Assembly (NCBI RefSeq): GCF_001194135.2
Contig: NC_068983.1
Coordinates: 85,455,572 to 85,500,894 of the forward strand
Direction of reading: 5' to 3'
Source of the DNA: Octopus bimaculoides
Lineage: Eukaryota
DNA: 45,323 bases
Shown piece after piece: positions 23,631 through 35,878 of the stretch. Numbering within the stretch: the first letter of the stretch is position 1; every line of letters begins with the position of its first letter. The position numbers were made by a program, and so were the translations under genes. The notes under the pieces are model-generated. The model was not told where the DNA came from. It was given only the letters and a program-made list of their open reading frames with translations, and searched no databases.

Positions 23631-23990
23631 TAAGTGAGCAAGAAAATGAAAAGGATCAAAAGTTTCATATATGTTAAATTGAGAAATGAAGAGAGGAGAT
23701 AGGTGCAGAATATGACTCAGACACAAAAAAAAAAGAGAAGTGAGGATGGATGCGTGTGTACATAGATAGAAAGGCAGCGATGAAATAATGAAGTGAGATA
23801 GTCATTGAGAACAAGAAAAGAGAATGAGTGGATCTAAAAATGATAACTGAAAGAAAATGAAATAAAACACAAGAAGAAAATAGAGCAAAGCTTACTGAAA
23901 TAAAGCAGAAATACATCCCATCATTTTTGAAGAACACTAGGTTAATGAAAGCAATTAATGAGAGAAAATAAAAAATAAGGTAAACATTAC

Positions 23991-24231
23991 CTGCATAATC
24001 AACATGGTGTCATGTCCATCATCTACATATAAAGAACGTTGGTGGTTCTCTTGTATTGTATGGTTCATGTCTTGTGGTGAGCCAATATATGACAGAAACT
24101 ACGTCCTTGGCAACCACTGCAGAGACAAAAGCAGAGGGTGTAGAAGCCAAATCTACAGCTTCCAAAAGGCAAAGGAAACAGTCCACTTGAATCTCCTTTT
24201 AGACACTGTCTCCAAAGTAAGTACACAAAAT
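23991..24231 (-). other. Candidate exon containing a possible start codon (MNHTIQENHQRSLYVDDGHDTMLIMQ|)
   Basis: Acceptor tttatttctattacag| (24231) or ttttgtctctgcag| (24116), donor CAG|gtaatg (23991). ATG at 24068 gives 26 codons ending in phase 0. Not recognisably repetitive; no homology recognised. Confidence 0.25.
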
Positions 24232-24665
24232 CTGTAATAGAAATAAATTCACATTATATTTGTATCATAGCACACATTCATTTACTCAAAATTGACGCTT
24301 CACTCCATTGCTAGCTCAAGTTTCTCATTACTATCATGTTCTATAAGGTGAGAGAATTAAAACCCAGCTGCAGAGGTGGGGTAAATTAACTCTATTACAT
24401 GCACTTTGAATACATTTTTCTCTTAAGATAGTGATTCACTCCATTGCTGTTCAGTATTTGCCTTCTTCGATCCTTTGGGAGGAATACTGAGAAAAATATT
24501 GAATAAATAAGCTATTATTACATGTTTGAAGCAATTTGTACCACTTTAACTTTTGCTTAAATATATAACTACATGCATATTGCAGGTGAAAGATAGCATC
24601 AAACTATACCTATGGTAGAGTGGATAGTTTGTGTGATTTATTCAATGTTCAGCTTCACTTGCTTG

Positions 24666-24707
<42 letters not shown>

Positions 24708-25491
24708 NNNNNNNNNNNNNNNNNNNNNNNNNNNNNNNNNNNNNNNNNNNNNNNNNNNNNNNNNNNNNNNNNNNNNNNNNNNNNNNNNNNNNNNNNNNNN
24801 NNNNNNNNNNNNNNNNNNNNNNNNNNNNNNNNNNNNNNNNNNNNNNNNNNNNNNNNNNNNNNNNNNNNNNNNNNNNNNNNNNNNNNNNNNNNNNNNNNNN
24901 NNNNNNNNNNNNNNNNNNNNNNNNNNNNNNNNNNNNNNNNNNNNNNNNNNNNNNNNNNNNNNNNNNNNNNNNNNNNNNNNNNNNNNNNNNNNNNNNNNNN
25001 NNNNNNNNNNNNNNNNNNNNNNNNNNNNNNNNNNNNNNNNNNNNNNNNNNNNNNNNNNNNNNNNNNNNNNNNNNNNNNNNNNNNNNNNNNNNNNNNNNNN
25101 NNNNNNNNNNNNNNNNNNNNNNNNNNNNNNNNNNNNNNNNNNNNNNNNNNNNNNNNNNNNNNNNNNNNNNNNNNNNNNNNNNNNNNNNNNNNNNNNNNNN
25201 NNNNNNNNNNNNNNNNNNNNNNNNNNNNNNNNNNNNNNNNNNNNNNNNNNNNNNNNNNNNNNNNNNNNNNNNNNNNNNNNNNNNNNNNNNNNNNNNNNNN
25301 NNNNNNNNNNNNNNNNNNNNNNNNNNNNNNNNNNNNNNNNNNNNNNNNNNNNNNNNNNNNNNNNNNNNNNNNNNNNNNNNNNNNNNNNNNNNNNNNNNNN
25401 NNNNNNNNNNNNNNNNNNNNNNNNNNNNNNNNNNNNNNNNNNNNNNNNNNNNNNNNNNNNNNNNNNNNNNNNNNNNNNNNNNNNNNNNNNN
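24708..25491. other. Assembly gap
   Basis: Run of N following a (CA)n tract. Confidence 0.99.
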
Positions 25492-25506
25492 ACGATTCTG
25501 AAACAA

Positions 25507-25552
25507 TTAACCCTAACCCTAAGGTTAGGGTTAGGGTTAGGGTTAGGGTTAA
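25507..25552. repeat. Inverted (CCCTAA)n/(TTAGGG)n telomere-motif repeat
   Basis: ttaaccctaaccctaa-gg-ttagggttagggttagggttagggttaa. Confidence 0.92.
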
Positions 25553-26104
25553 AGCAAATTTAAAATGAAAAAAGCCAATAAAACAAAGGTATGGAGATTA
25601 AATACGCTTTACATCGCTTAATGAGCCAAAGGAGTAAATGTAAACAACTGAATACTTGTCAGTGATTGGTTGAAATTATCGAAATAAGACAATTTTTTAC
25701 ATGAAATAAATTCGAATACAAAAATATTTTTCTGTTCTATAACACAAAATAGATAAGTATACGAAGTTTGAAAGTCTTTCGGTACCAAAAACACTACATA
25801 AAACATTAATGAAAAATGTGGCCCCCGTTTTAAAAAAGATCCTAGGTTTTTACTTTGCAGATAATCATACACTAATTCCAAGTTGTAGACAACACAATAA
25901 ACATGAAATAGAGAGAGGGGGGAGAGAAGCATCATGGGTAGAGTGATAAAGAGAGAATTTGTATATGCATGGACAAATGTGTGGGTGTATATGCAAGTAT
26001 ATATAAATCATACAACACATACATTCATACACACACACACATATTCATACACATACACACACATATATATACAATTTAAAAACATAAATTAAATTTTCTT
26101 ATAT

Positions 26105-26403
26105 TTGTTTCAGTAATTTCACTGCAGCACCACTTTGAGTCAAGCAAATCGACCCCGGGGCTTATTCTTTGGAAGCCTAGTACTTATTCTAGCAGGCTCT
26201 TTGCTGAACCGCTAGGTTACGGGGACATAAACACACCAGCATCGGTTGTCAAGCGATGTTGGTGGAGACAAACATATACACACACGCACATACATATACA
26301 TGACAGGCTTCTTTCAGTTTCCATCTACTAAATCCACTCACAAGGCTTTGGTCGGCCCAAGGCTATAGTAGAAGACACTTGCCCAAGGTGCCACACAATG
26401 GGA
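26105..26403 (-). mobile_element. SINE family A, 5'-truncated at the B box
   Basis: Colinear with 13880-14240. Confidence 0.9.
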
Positions 26404-27014
26404 CAAGGACTGGTCTTAATACTTTAAGTATGGGTCTTCTTGAGCACAGCAATATATATATATATATGTTAGCTAACTCCTCCTTTATATCTACTTCATA
26501 TAACTATTTTTTTTTTAAACACCCAAGGGATATAACACTTAGCACCTGTATAATTTTTTTTTAAACACTCACAGGAAATAACCCATTTGTATATACACAA
26601 ACACATAGAGAGGTGCACAGAGACACACACACTCACACCATTCTGACCTCTAGACCAGTCCCAAAAACCACTGAACAATGACAGACTAGCCCAGAAACAA
26701 AAAAATCCTTTTAATTCCACATCGATCTTTCTTCCCTCCACCCCAACCAACCTCTCACACTGTCCCTTAAAATAGCAAACATTTCCTATCTACACACAAG
26801 ACAGAAAACATGTTGAAAAGAAAGGTTGGTTCCTCTCCAATCTTTTGTACATTCTTAAATATATCTCCTTCTGTGTATATATATATACTACCAAACAAAC
26901 ATGATTTTTATTGAACTCCTAATACTTTTTGTTGTATACTTTCTTAAATACTTTCTTGTAAACTGTTTTTAACATATTCTTATTATTATCAAAGAATGTA
27001 TATATGTATTTTAA

Positions 27015-27492
27015 NNNNNNNNNNNNNNNNNNNNNNNNNNNNNNNNNNNNNNNNNNNNNNNNNNNNNNNNNNNNNNNNNNNNNNNNNNNNNNNNNNNNNN
27101 NNNNNNNNNNNNNNNNNNNNNNNNNNNNNNNNNNNNNNNNNNNNNNNNNNNNNNNNNNNNNNNNNNNNNNNNNNNNNNNNNNNNNNNNNNNNNNNNNNNN
27201 NNNNNNNNNNNNNNNNNNNNNNNNNNNNNNNNNNNNNNNNNNNNNNNNNNNNNNNNNNNNNNNNNNNNNNNNNNNNNNNNNNNNNNNNNNNNNNNNNNNN
27301 NNNNNNNNNNNNNNNNNNNNNNNNNNNNNNNNNNNNNNNNNNNNNNNNNNNNNNNNNNNNNNNNNNNNNNNNNNNNNNNNNNNNNNNNNNNNNNNNNNNN
27401 NNNNNNNNNNNNNNNNNNNNNNNNNNNNNNNNNNNNNNNNNNNNNNNNNNNNNNNNNNNNNNNNNNNNNNNNNNNNNNNNNNNNNNNNNNNN
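27015..27492. other. Assembly gap
   Basis: Run of N. Confidence 0.99.
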
Positions 27493-27830
27493 GATATCTA
27501 TGGACAACTGCTTCGAAACCTCCAGCTTCTATATCCAGACTATGAATTCATATTCATACCAATAATAATTGGAGCACTAGGTTTTGTTAGTAAATACTTA
27601 AAGGAGAATTTGGATAAATTGGGATTTTCAAAAAGAGAAATTGACCAGCTAATTTGTACAAGTGCAATCTGTGAGTGGAACAGCAAAAATGTGCAAAACT
27701 TTCATCAAGTTCCAAATGTGAATTTGTCTGTATTAACTACATTCCAAAGATAGAGCCTTGTATCTTTGTTGGAAACCAGCTCCCTCCTCAGTGGAAAATT
27801 TATAATAATTAAAACATACAAGAGACATAT
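27493..27830 (+). mobile_element. 3' end of a second REL-endonuclease LINE
   Basis: DIYGQLLRNLQLLYPDYEFIFIPIIIGALGFVSKYLKENLDKLGF..(frameshift)QVQSVSGTAKMCKTFIKFQM* with the stop at 27719-27721. The P.IIGALG motif is typical of the REL C-terminus. Confidence 0.75.
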
Positions 27831-27834
27831 ATCA

Positions 27835-28025
27835 TCATCATCATCATCAACATCGTTTAACGTCCGCTTTCCATGCTAGCATGGGTTGGGCGATTTGACT
27901 GAGGACTGGTGAAACCGGATGGCAACACCAGGCTCCAATCTAATTTGGCAGAGTTTCTACAGCTGGATGCCCTTCCTAACGCCAACCACTCAGAGAGTGT
28001 AGTGGGTGCTTTTACGTGTCACCCG
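27835..28025 (-). mobile_element. RTE LINE 3' UTR, little-diverged copy
   Basis: (cat)n cgtttaacgtccgctttccatgctagcatgggttgg..acagctggatgcccttcctaacgccaacc; near-identical to the reverse complement of 30620-30810. Confidence 0.9.
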
Positions 28026-28599
28026 CATGTATTCTTTGGAATACGTATGTATGTATGTATGTGTGTGTGTGTGTGTATATATATATATACAGCCGTACAT
28101 ACACCCATACAGACAGACAGAGGTAGGGTGAGATAGCATGTGTGTGTAAAGACAGAGAGAAATGCCGAGAGAGGGGCAGGAAAGACATTAAGTGGCAATA
28201 AAGTAAGCAGTTGGTTCCAAGATGCATAATTCATCGTGTGGTAGTGAGTAAGGCAACTTGAGTGGTTTATACATAGATTTTGACAATTAAACAGCAGCTG
28301 TATTTCTTGATTTTCGCTTTTTGTTTATTATGCAGTATTCTTAGTTAACTCTTGATACCAATCAACCAGAGACCACATCTGGTTCATTGATACAAAAGCA
28401 GCCTGTTTTTAAAGTGTTCACAGTTAATTTAAAACCTTTCATCATATTTTCATGCAAGAATCTTTCGTAAAGTTACGTTCCAAAATAACTGATTTATTTA
28501 TTCTACCCTATTCAGATTCTGGATTATTTTCGAAAAATACTGAAGCTCTAGAAGAACATAAGTTCAAATCTTGTAGGGCTCAATTTAGATCTTTCTGAA

Positions 28600-29990
28600 G
28601 TTGGTAAACCAAGGAACAGTCAAGTACAGGCATTTGTTCTGATATACTTCACTGTGCCTCTGCCTTTCCTAACAATGGCCTTTATCACTATGTTCATCAT
28701 CATATGTAACTCTCAAAACTTAGATTGCTTTCTCAAGTTTTCAGAAGATTCAAATATATCAGAAGGGTTTCCTGACTTTCCTAATATGAGAGACACTGTG
28801 ACTGCATTCCTGTTATCGTCTCACAGTACCTATTGAGCTTATTTTTGGTATAGTCTGCCTCTAAAAAAGTGCTCTATAAGTGAGCAGGCGCTGCATACAA
28901 ACAAACCAACCAAACTCACATACGAAACAATAGTAATTTTTCCTGCGTCCATTTTTCTGGATGCTATGCATTAATGGGTTAATGTTGAGTTTGGCCTCCT
29001 TCAGAGCTTTCCTAAAACTGGGGCTAGTTTTCCATGGTCTACAAACATCACTCTTTGATATTTGTTGGTCTTGTACCACATGTTCACCCTGTTTGCTTTG
29101 TCACAAACTCTCTGTATCCTATTCCAGTCTTCACTTCTATATCTAGGGCAGGTACTACTGGTTTCATTACATATAACGCTAACTTCTTTCTAGCTCCCTG
29201 TATACCTGAACCCTATCTTTCTGAACACATCCAGAGAATTGCATGCGGTGCATGAAGTTCTGTACATGTTTCTTTGTTTCATAGGGTTTGCATAGTGGGG
29301 ACATGTTCATTATCCTAAGTCTGCTATCAGTATGTTGATTTTCATGTCGTGTGACAAAGCTGAGTTCTTGTGAACAACGTATTTAGAAGCTATGGGTTTC
29401 ATATAATAGGAGTAGAAGAGCTGCGTTCTGTTGTTCACAGTCTCTAACCAAAGTTCAGTATCAAGGACAGGAAATCTATTGATAGGGTGCCTAGTGGGGT
29501 AATATGTAGTTACTCTGATACTTTGGTGGATGGCATTAGCTATGTGCTGGATGCTCTCCATTATGCTCCTCTTGGTTTCTACATTACAGTTACTAGAGTT
29601 TGTCCTAACTAGAACATTAATGTCATCTACATACCTACAGTAAAGCAAAACAGTTGTGGATTGTTTTGCTAAGGATTGCTTAAGTTTTCTTCCCCCACCA
29701 GGTCACATCTCCAGCAGATTTAAAAGATTTAAAATCATTAGGGTTTAACTCTTGACTCTGTGATAACTATCATTGTTATTTACCCCAGGACAAACCTGAC
29801 TAAGCAGATTCATGATCAAAGGTGTTTCCAATATGAACATACCATTCTTCTCCCAAGTATTGAGTATCTAAAACTGCACCATTTCCAGCACACTAAGGAA
29901 GATTTAAGGAAGACTTTGGTTGCTATTTCCAGCACATCAAACAAACTAATTGTTGGCTCCTAACTCAGGTTATAATCCCAAACGATCTAG
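28600..29990 (-). mobile_element. Decayed Penelope-like element (RT, thumb and probable GIY-YIG relic)
   Basis: ORF 29310-29648: YCRYVDDINV..FPVLDTELW..YYMKPIASKYVVHKNSALSHDMKINIL, a PLE RT/thumb pattern (LD..W..Y.KP.AS..V....SA). Weaker downstream relics include RYCET. Confidence 0.85.
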
Positions 29991-30349
29991 ACAGCAACTA
30001 AAAGTAACAGATTACATCATGTGTGGTGAAATTTATAACCAACCTTTCCCCCAATCCTATCTTGACCTACATATTTTCTTGTAGGTAACAGAGAAACAAA
30101 ACTTGTTTGTGTATGTTCAGGAGTTTTGTCCACATTAATTTACTTACTTCACTAGGTCAACAGGAATTCAAGAAATTCTTTTTTGACAAGTACAACAGCT
30201 GTTGTAAGCAAATACAAACAACTATTTTCAAAATTCACTCAGCTGACTGACATTAAAATATGCACTAAATGCAAGATGCGCAGAAGCCTGCATATATGTA
30301 TAATTATTATGCCACCTTATCAATCATTATAATTTAGCATTAGAGGAAT

Positions 30350-31260
30350 AAAGGCAACAAGCTGGGAGAATTGTTAGCATGTCAGACAAAATGCTTAGCA
30401 GCATTTCTTCTAGCTTTACATTCCAAGTTCAAATTATACCAAGGTTGACTTTGCATTTCATATTTACAGAGTCAATAAAAGAACTACCTATTGAACACCG
30501 ATGTGGGGTATAATCAATTATACCCCATCAAAAAAGTTCAGAACTTGTGCCTACAGTAGAATGAATTATTATTATTGTTATTATTATAAAAAAAAGATCA
30601 TTATTATTATTATCATCATTCTTGTGCCAGTGGCATGTAAAAGCACCCACTACACTCTTGGAGCAGTTGGTGTTAGGAAGGACATCCAGCTGTAGAAACT
30701 CTGCCAGATCAGATTGGAGCCTGGTGCAGCCATCCGGTTCACCAGTCCTCAGTCAAATCGTCCAACCCATGCTAGCATGGAAAGCGGATGTTAAACAATG
30801 ATGATGATGATCATTATTAAGGCAGAAAACTAGCAGAATCATTTGTATGCTGTATGAAATGCTTAGTGGTATTTCACCCATCGCTATGTTCTGAGTTCAA
30901 ATTCCACCAAAGTCAACTTTGCTTTTCATCCTTTCGGTGTTGATAAATTAAGTACTAGTGAAACACTAGGGTCATCTCCTCCCCCAAAATTGCTGCCCCT
31001 GTGGCAAGATTTGAAACCATTATTATTATTATCATCCAAGGCAATGGGCTGGCAAAATCATTAGCACTCTAGACAATATGCTTAGTGGCATTTTGTCTAG
31101 CTTTACATCCCAAGTTCTAATACTGCCATGGTCGACTGTCTTTCGTCTTTGTGGAGGTCGATAAAATATCTACCAGTCAAGTACTGGGGCTGATGTAATC
31201 AACTAACCCCTTCCCCCAAAATTACAGGTTTTGTGTCTATAGTAGAGAGGATTATTGTTA
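30350..31260 (+). mobile_element. Stack of three family B SINEs with an RTE 3' UTR (30620-30810) between them
   Basis: SINE heads at about 30350, 30818 and 31037, each starting in the preceding (ATT)n/(ATC)n tail. Confidence 0.88.
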
Positions 31261-31299
31261 TTATTTGGTGGAATCATTAGAGTATTGGCAAAATGCCTT

Positions 31300-31645
31300 G
31301 AAAATTAAAACAGAGATCTTCAATGAGTACATCCTGCCAGTGATAATTCATGGCAGTTGAAACATGGGCTCTCAAAACTACCATCATGAACACCCTCATT
31401 GTAGCTCAACGATAAATGAAACCAATCATGCTTGGCATCACATTGCAGGACAAGAAAACCAACACATGGATACAAAAGCACATGAGAATCAATGACCTCA
31501 TAAGAACCATTAAGGAGAATATAGATGGACGCCAAGAATATAGATGGACGCCAAGACAATGGACAAGATGGCAAAATGATCTCACCTGTTACCTGGGGCC
31601 TACATGGTCACAACTGACCCAAAATAGACAGTTGTGGAGGAGCTA
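31300..31645 (+). mobile_element. RTE-1-type LINE C-terminal coding fragment
   Basis: LKTEIFNEYILPV..ETWAL..VAQR*MKPIMLGITLQDKKTNTWIQKHMRINDLI..WTPR..RWQNDL..LGPTWSQLTQNRQLWR. Internal deletion plus an 18-bp tandem duplication (agaatatagatggacgcc). Confidence 0.85.
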
Positions 31646-31649
31646 GTTG

Positions 31650-32180
31650 ATCACATTGATCCCCGTACTCAACTGATACTTATTTTATTGATTCTAAAAG
31701 GATGAAAGGGAAAGTCAACATTCACAGAATTTGAACTAAAAATGCAAAGAATGAAATGCCGCTGGGCATTTTGTCCAGTTTGCCAACAATTCTGCCAGTT
31801 CACTGAACATCAGCAATAATAATAATAATCTTTTCTACTAAAGGCAGAAGGCCTGAAAATTTGGGGGAGGGGACCAGTCAATTACATTGACCCCAGTGTT
31901 TCACTGGTACTTAATTAATCAATCCCCAAAAGATGAAAGGCAAATTCGACCTCAGTGGAATTTGAGCTCAGAACGTAAGGCCAGATGAAATACCACTAAG
32001 CATTTGAGTAATAACAATAATAATGGTTTCAAATTTTGCCACAAGGGCAGCCATTTTGGGGGAGGGGGATGAGTTGATTACATCGACCCAGTGATTCACT
32101 GGTACTTAATTTATTGACCCTGAAAGGATGAATGGCAAAGTCAACCTCAGCGGAATTTGAACTCAGAACGTAGCAAGTAC
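31650..32180 (-). mobile_element. Three minus-strand family B SINE copies or fragments separated by (AAT)n
   Basis: Copies at about 31650-31805, 31829-32008 and 32022-32180, each with the ggatgaaaggc..gaatttgaactc core. Confidence 0.85.
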
Positions 32181-32511
32181 AGGTAATATAACAATTCCAA
32201 TTTAACTGAGCATACAACATTCTGGTGCCCAATCAAAAGTAATGATTTGTTGCCAATGACAGGATTTGGGAATTTGTTTGTGCCAAATTCCTGGCATTAA
32301 TATCTCCTAATTCTCTCCAGGAGTTAATAGAATGGCTGAAGTGGTAGAGAGGTAGCTGACTAAATGCATTATAGTACTTAATTCTGAACTCCTCTTTTCC
32401 AAGTTCAAATCATCGTGATCAATAAAATATGTATTAATTATGAAATAAGATATAATTCAAGCAACTATACTTCTAAAATATTCATGAAATCAATTCTTTG
32501 CAGACCTTCCT

Positions 32512-32738
32512 TTAACTCTTTAGCATTTCAACAGGCCATATCTGGCCCAAATATTCTTCTTGTTTTATGTTCAAACCCACCAGATCTAACTTCTCATACC
32601 TATCTTACAATGGCATTCTAAAAATAAACAATCATATCATATAAATTGCAAAGCTACTTGGTAATGCACGATTAATTCAAAACAACAAGAATAAAAAGAA
32701 TTACACTTGACAGAGTAATTTGAATGCTAAAGGGTTAG
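32512..32738 (+). mobile_element. TTAA-type MITE
   Basis: TTAActctttagcatt...aatgctaaagggTTAG; homologous to 3130-3357. Confidence 0.8.
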
Positions 32739-34431
32739 AGATTAAAGATTAAAAAAGTTGTTCTTAGATATATGAATACAAAGGTAACACTTTAAATAAG
32801 ATATGCCTCCCAACTAAGTAATGATAAGACTTTTTAAAATTTAGATTATGTACAAACAGAAGCAAAATTAAATATTATCCATATCTTTCCAAGGAATACT
32901 TATGATGAAAGTCAAATTAAATGGCTCCAATTGTAAATTAAAACCAGTAATTAAGTTTCAGCTCACTAGAATCTTACAATTTGCTCCATGGAGATTAGAT
33001 TACCAAGTAGACTTTATAAAATAAAGGGATGAACCAACATCTGTATATTATTGGTATGGTATTAATTTTATCAAAAGACAACAGTAACATTTTATTTGAC
33101 TTCAAAAGGAGGAACAAAGATGAAATCTAAAAGATGAAGAAGAAAATTAACATTAAAATAATAATTTAGATGACTATAGCAGTAAAAAGTACAATCAACT
33201 ATGCCTTTATCACAGTCAATAAGAATGAAACATAGCTGCAAGGTGAAATCTAGCTAATACAGTAGTGGTACAATAATCGTTTGGCATTCTTTAAAGGCAT
33301 AGTCATTGTGTTTGTTGGAGCCTTCCAAGACTAGGGAAGGGGAAAATTATCCTCAGATAGAAGACCTGATACAAATGCTTGCAACAAGTGGATCTTGCCA
33401 AAGGTATTCAACAGCCAGGTCATAGTACTAAACTGGAGAAAAGATGAAATTAAGTCTCTCACCAAACATGTACGATCCTTTAAAAAGGCTTTCTCACAGT
33501 TTCCATCAGCCAACTTTCACTCATAAGCCTTTGGTTGACCTGAGATTATGGTAGAATACACTCGCCTTAACTACATTGGAGTCAAATCTAAAATCACATA
33601 GTTGTGAGGTAAACTTCTAAACCACAAGCCATGCTTACGTTCATATAATCATCCAACCTAATCTCAAGTCAGCAAGGGACGTCTACACAGCCATTTGATC
33701 TGCTTCAGAAGCCAAATCTCCTTCATATTGCTGCCTATCATCTTTAAAATAAAAGAAATTCTTGGATATACTATGTCTGAGAAATGCTTTTCGTCATAGT
33801 GTTGCTAGGTCAGGCCTAACTGGAGATAAACAACAGTAACAGCAAATATGTTAGTCATATTTGTTAAATAGCTTTAAACTGGTTAAAAGTAATTGAATGT
33901 TGATACATTAACACCATATCTGATATATAACAGTCCAGCTATTTCCACCTAGTTTGACAACTACAGCACATGAATAGTAAATTCAAATGATCTTTCTGGA
34001 ATAGTAAGTTAACTTCAATTTCATACAGAGCTACTGAGAGTCAAATAATGTTGGTATTTTACACTGGGTATTCTAAATTGTTTGGGTCAGCTGATCATAA
34101 AATTTTAAAGTATTTCTAAAACAAATGTTCCTACAACTGAATGAGATTATTATTGCTAATCATTATAATTAGTAAAACAAGATTTATTTTATAGTTAAAT
34201 TTAGCAGGGTTAAGGACTGTAATACATTTTAAGTTTAAAAGGCAAGTAATATAATTTATGCAGCAAAATTCTTCCCATCTCAAAATAATAATTCAAAGAA
34301 GTTAATTATGAATTATTGAAATGGTCTTATAAATTCTTATCCATACTGAATTTTTAAAGGCCAAAATATTGAACATATTTATATTCTTCTTCAAGCAGCA
34401 CAGTTAAATGATCATCCTTTTCCTATACTTA

Positions 34432-35666
34432 TCATCATCATTATCATTATCATTTAATGGCCACTTTCCATGCTGGCATAGGTTAGATGGTTTGAATGGA
34501 ACTGGTAAGAAAGAGAGCCGCACCAGGTTCTAGTCTGATTTTGGCTCAGTTTCTATAGCTGGATGCCCTTCCTAACACCAAGCGCTTGGAGAGTGCAGTG
34601 GTTGTCTTCTTTGCATCCCAGCACGGGTGCTTTTATGTGTCACCAGCATGGGTGCTTCTATGTGTCACCGGTATGGTTGCTTCTATGTGTCACTGGTATG
34701 GTTGCTTTTACATGCCATGGACACAGATGCTTTTACATGTCACCAGCACCAGCCACAATTACAATTTCACTTGGCCTGACAAGTCTTCTCAAGCACAGCA
34801 AATTGCCAAAGATCTTGATCACTTGCAATCATCTCCATGAAACCCAACATTCAAGGATAATGCTTCACCATCTTGTCCCATGTCTTCCTGGGTCTACCTT
34901 TTCCATGGCTTCCCTCTACAGCTAGAGATTGGCACTTCTTTACACAGCTGTCCTCATCCATATGTATCACATGACCATACCAACACAGTTGCCTCTCTTG
35001 CAAACCACATCTGATGTCTCTTATGCCCAATTTTCCTCTAAAGACACTTACACTCTGCCATACATGCACAGTGACATTGCACATCCATCGGAGCATACTA
35101 GATTCATTTCTTTCAAGCCTTTGCATGTCCTCTGCAGTCACAGCTCATGTTTCACTGCTGTGTAGTATAGCTGTTTGCACACAGGCATCATACAATCTGC
35201 ACTTCACTCTGAGGGAGAGGCCCTTTGTTGACAAGAAAGGCAGAAGCTCTCTGAACTTTACACAGCCTGTTCTTATTCTAGCAACTACACGCTCAGAGCA
35301 TCCACCTCCACTGGTGACTTGGTCACCTAGATGAAAAAAACTATCAACAATTTCTAGGTATCTCCTGGCATTTGATGGAGTCTATTTTCTGAATATTTCT
35401 AGTGTTTATTGTACTTGTGCATCTGTCACACACAAAGACTATTTTCCCTGTCAACCTTCCTTTGATATTGCTGCACCTCTTATGTGTCCATAGCTTACAC
35501 CAGATGCTTTTTTTATCAAGTAGGGCCCTCTACCTGAAGGGATTTGTGATTTATCTACTTTCCTACTTACTAAGACTTTGGTTTTTGCTAAATTAACTCT
35601 AATGCTTTTTGATTCCAGGCCTTGCTTCCACTCTTGAAATTTTTTCTCCAATTCTGATAGTGATTC
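34432..35666 (-). mobile_element. 5'-truncated RTE LINE: RT C-terminus plus complete 3' UTR
   Basis: IAESLSELEKKFQEWKQGLESKSIRVNLAKTKVL; RLERNESSMLRWMC..RQLCWYGHVIHMDEDSCVKKC..GRPRKTW; DLWQFAVLEKTCQAK* (stop at 34769-34767). The UTR follows, with ~21-bp repeats and an (ATG)n tail. Confidence 0.93.
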
Positions 35667-35695
35667 AGCTATAGGTATATATATATATATATATG

Positions 35696-35878
35696 GGAGA
35701 ATATACAAATAATAACAACAGACGAGGACAGACGGTGTAAATAACAAAAGTATATATTAGTATGACGCTCGGGAATACGGAAAGTCTTTGACGTTTCGAG
35801 CTACGCTCTTCAACAGAAAGAATACGGAGACAAGGAGAAAAACACGGAGAAAAAAAATTGAATAGTGTTCAGTCAACG

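Noticed and set aside
25492-25560. True chromosome end or telomere
   Set aside because: Only about seven units, in inverted arrangement, with kilobases of ordinary sequence beyond.
24612-25568. Long ORFs of 170-318 aa at 24.6-25.5, 27.0-27.7 and 41.4-42.2 kb
   Set aside because: They run through N gaps; the X residues are not sequence. Only the tail of ORF 27004 is meaningful, as LINE sequence.
27750-27780. gccttgt..gaaacc similarity between the LINE 3' UTR and the family B SINE tail
   Set aside because: Too short and gapped to show a shared tail; needs consensus-level comparison.
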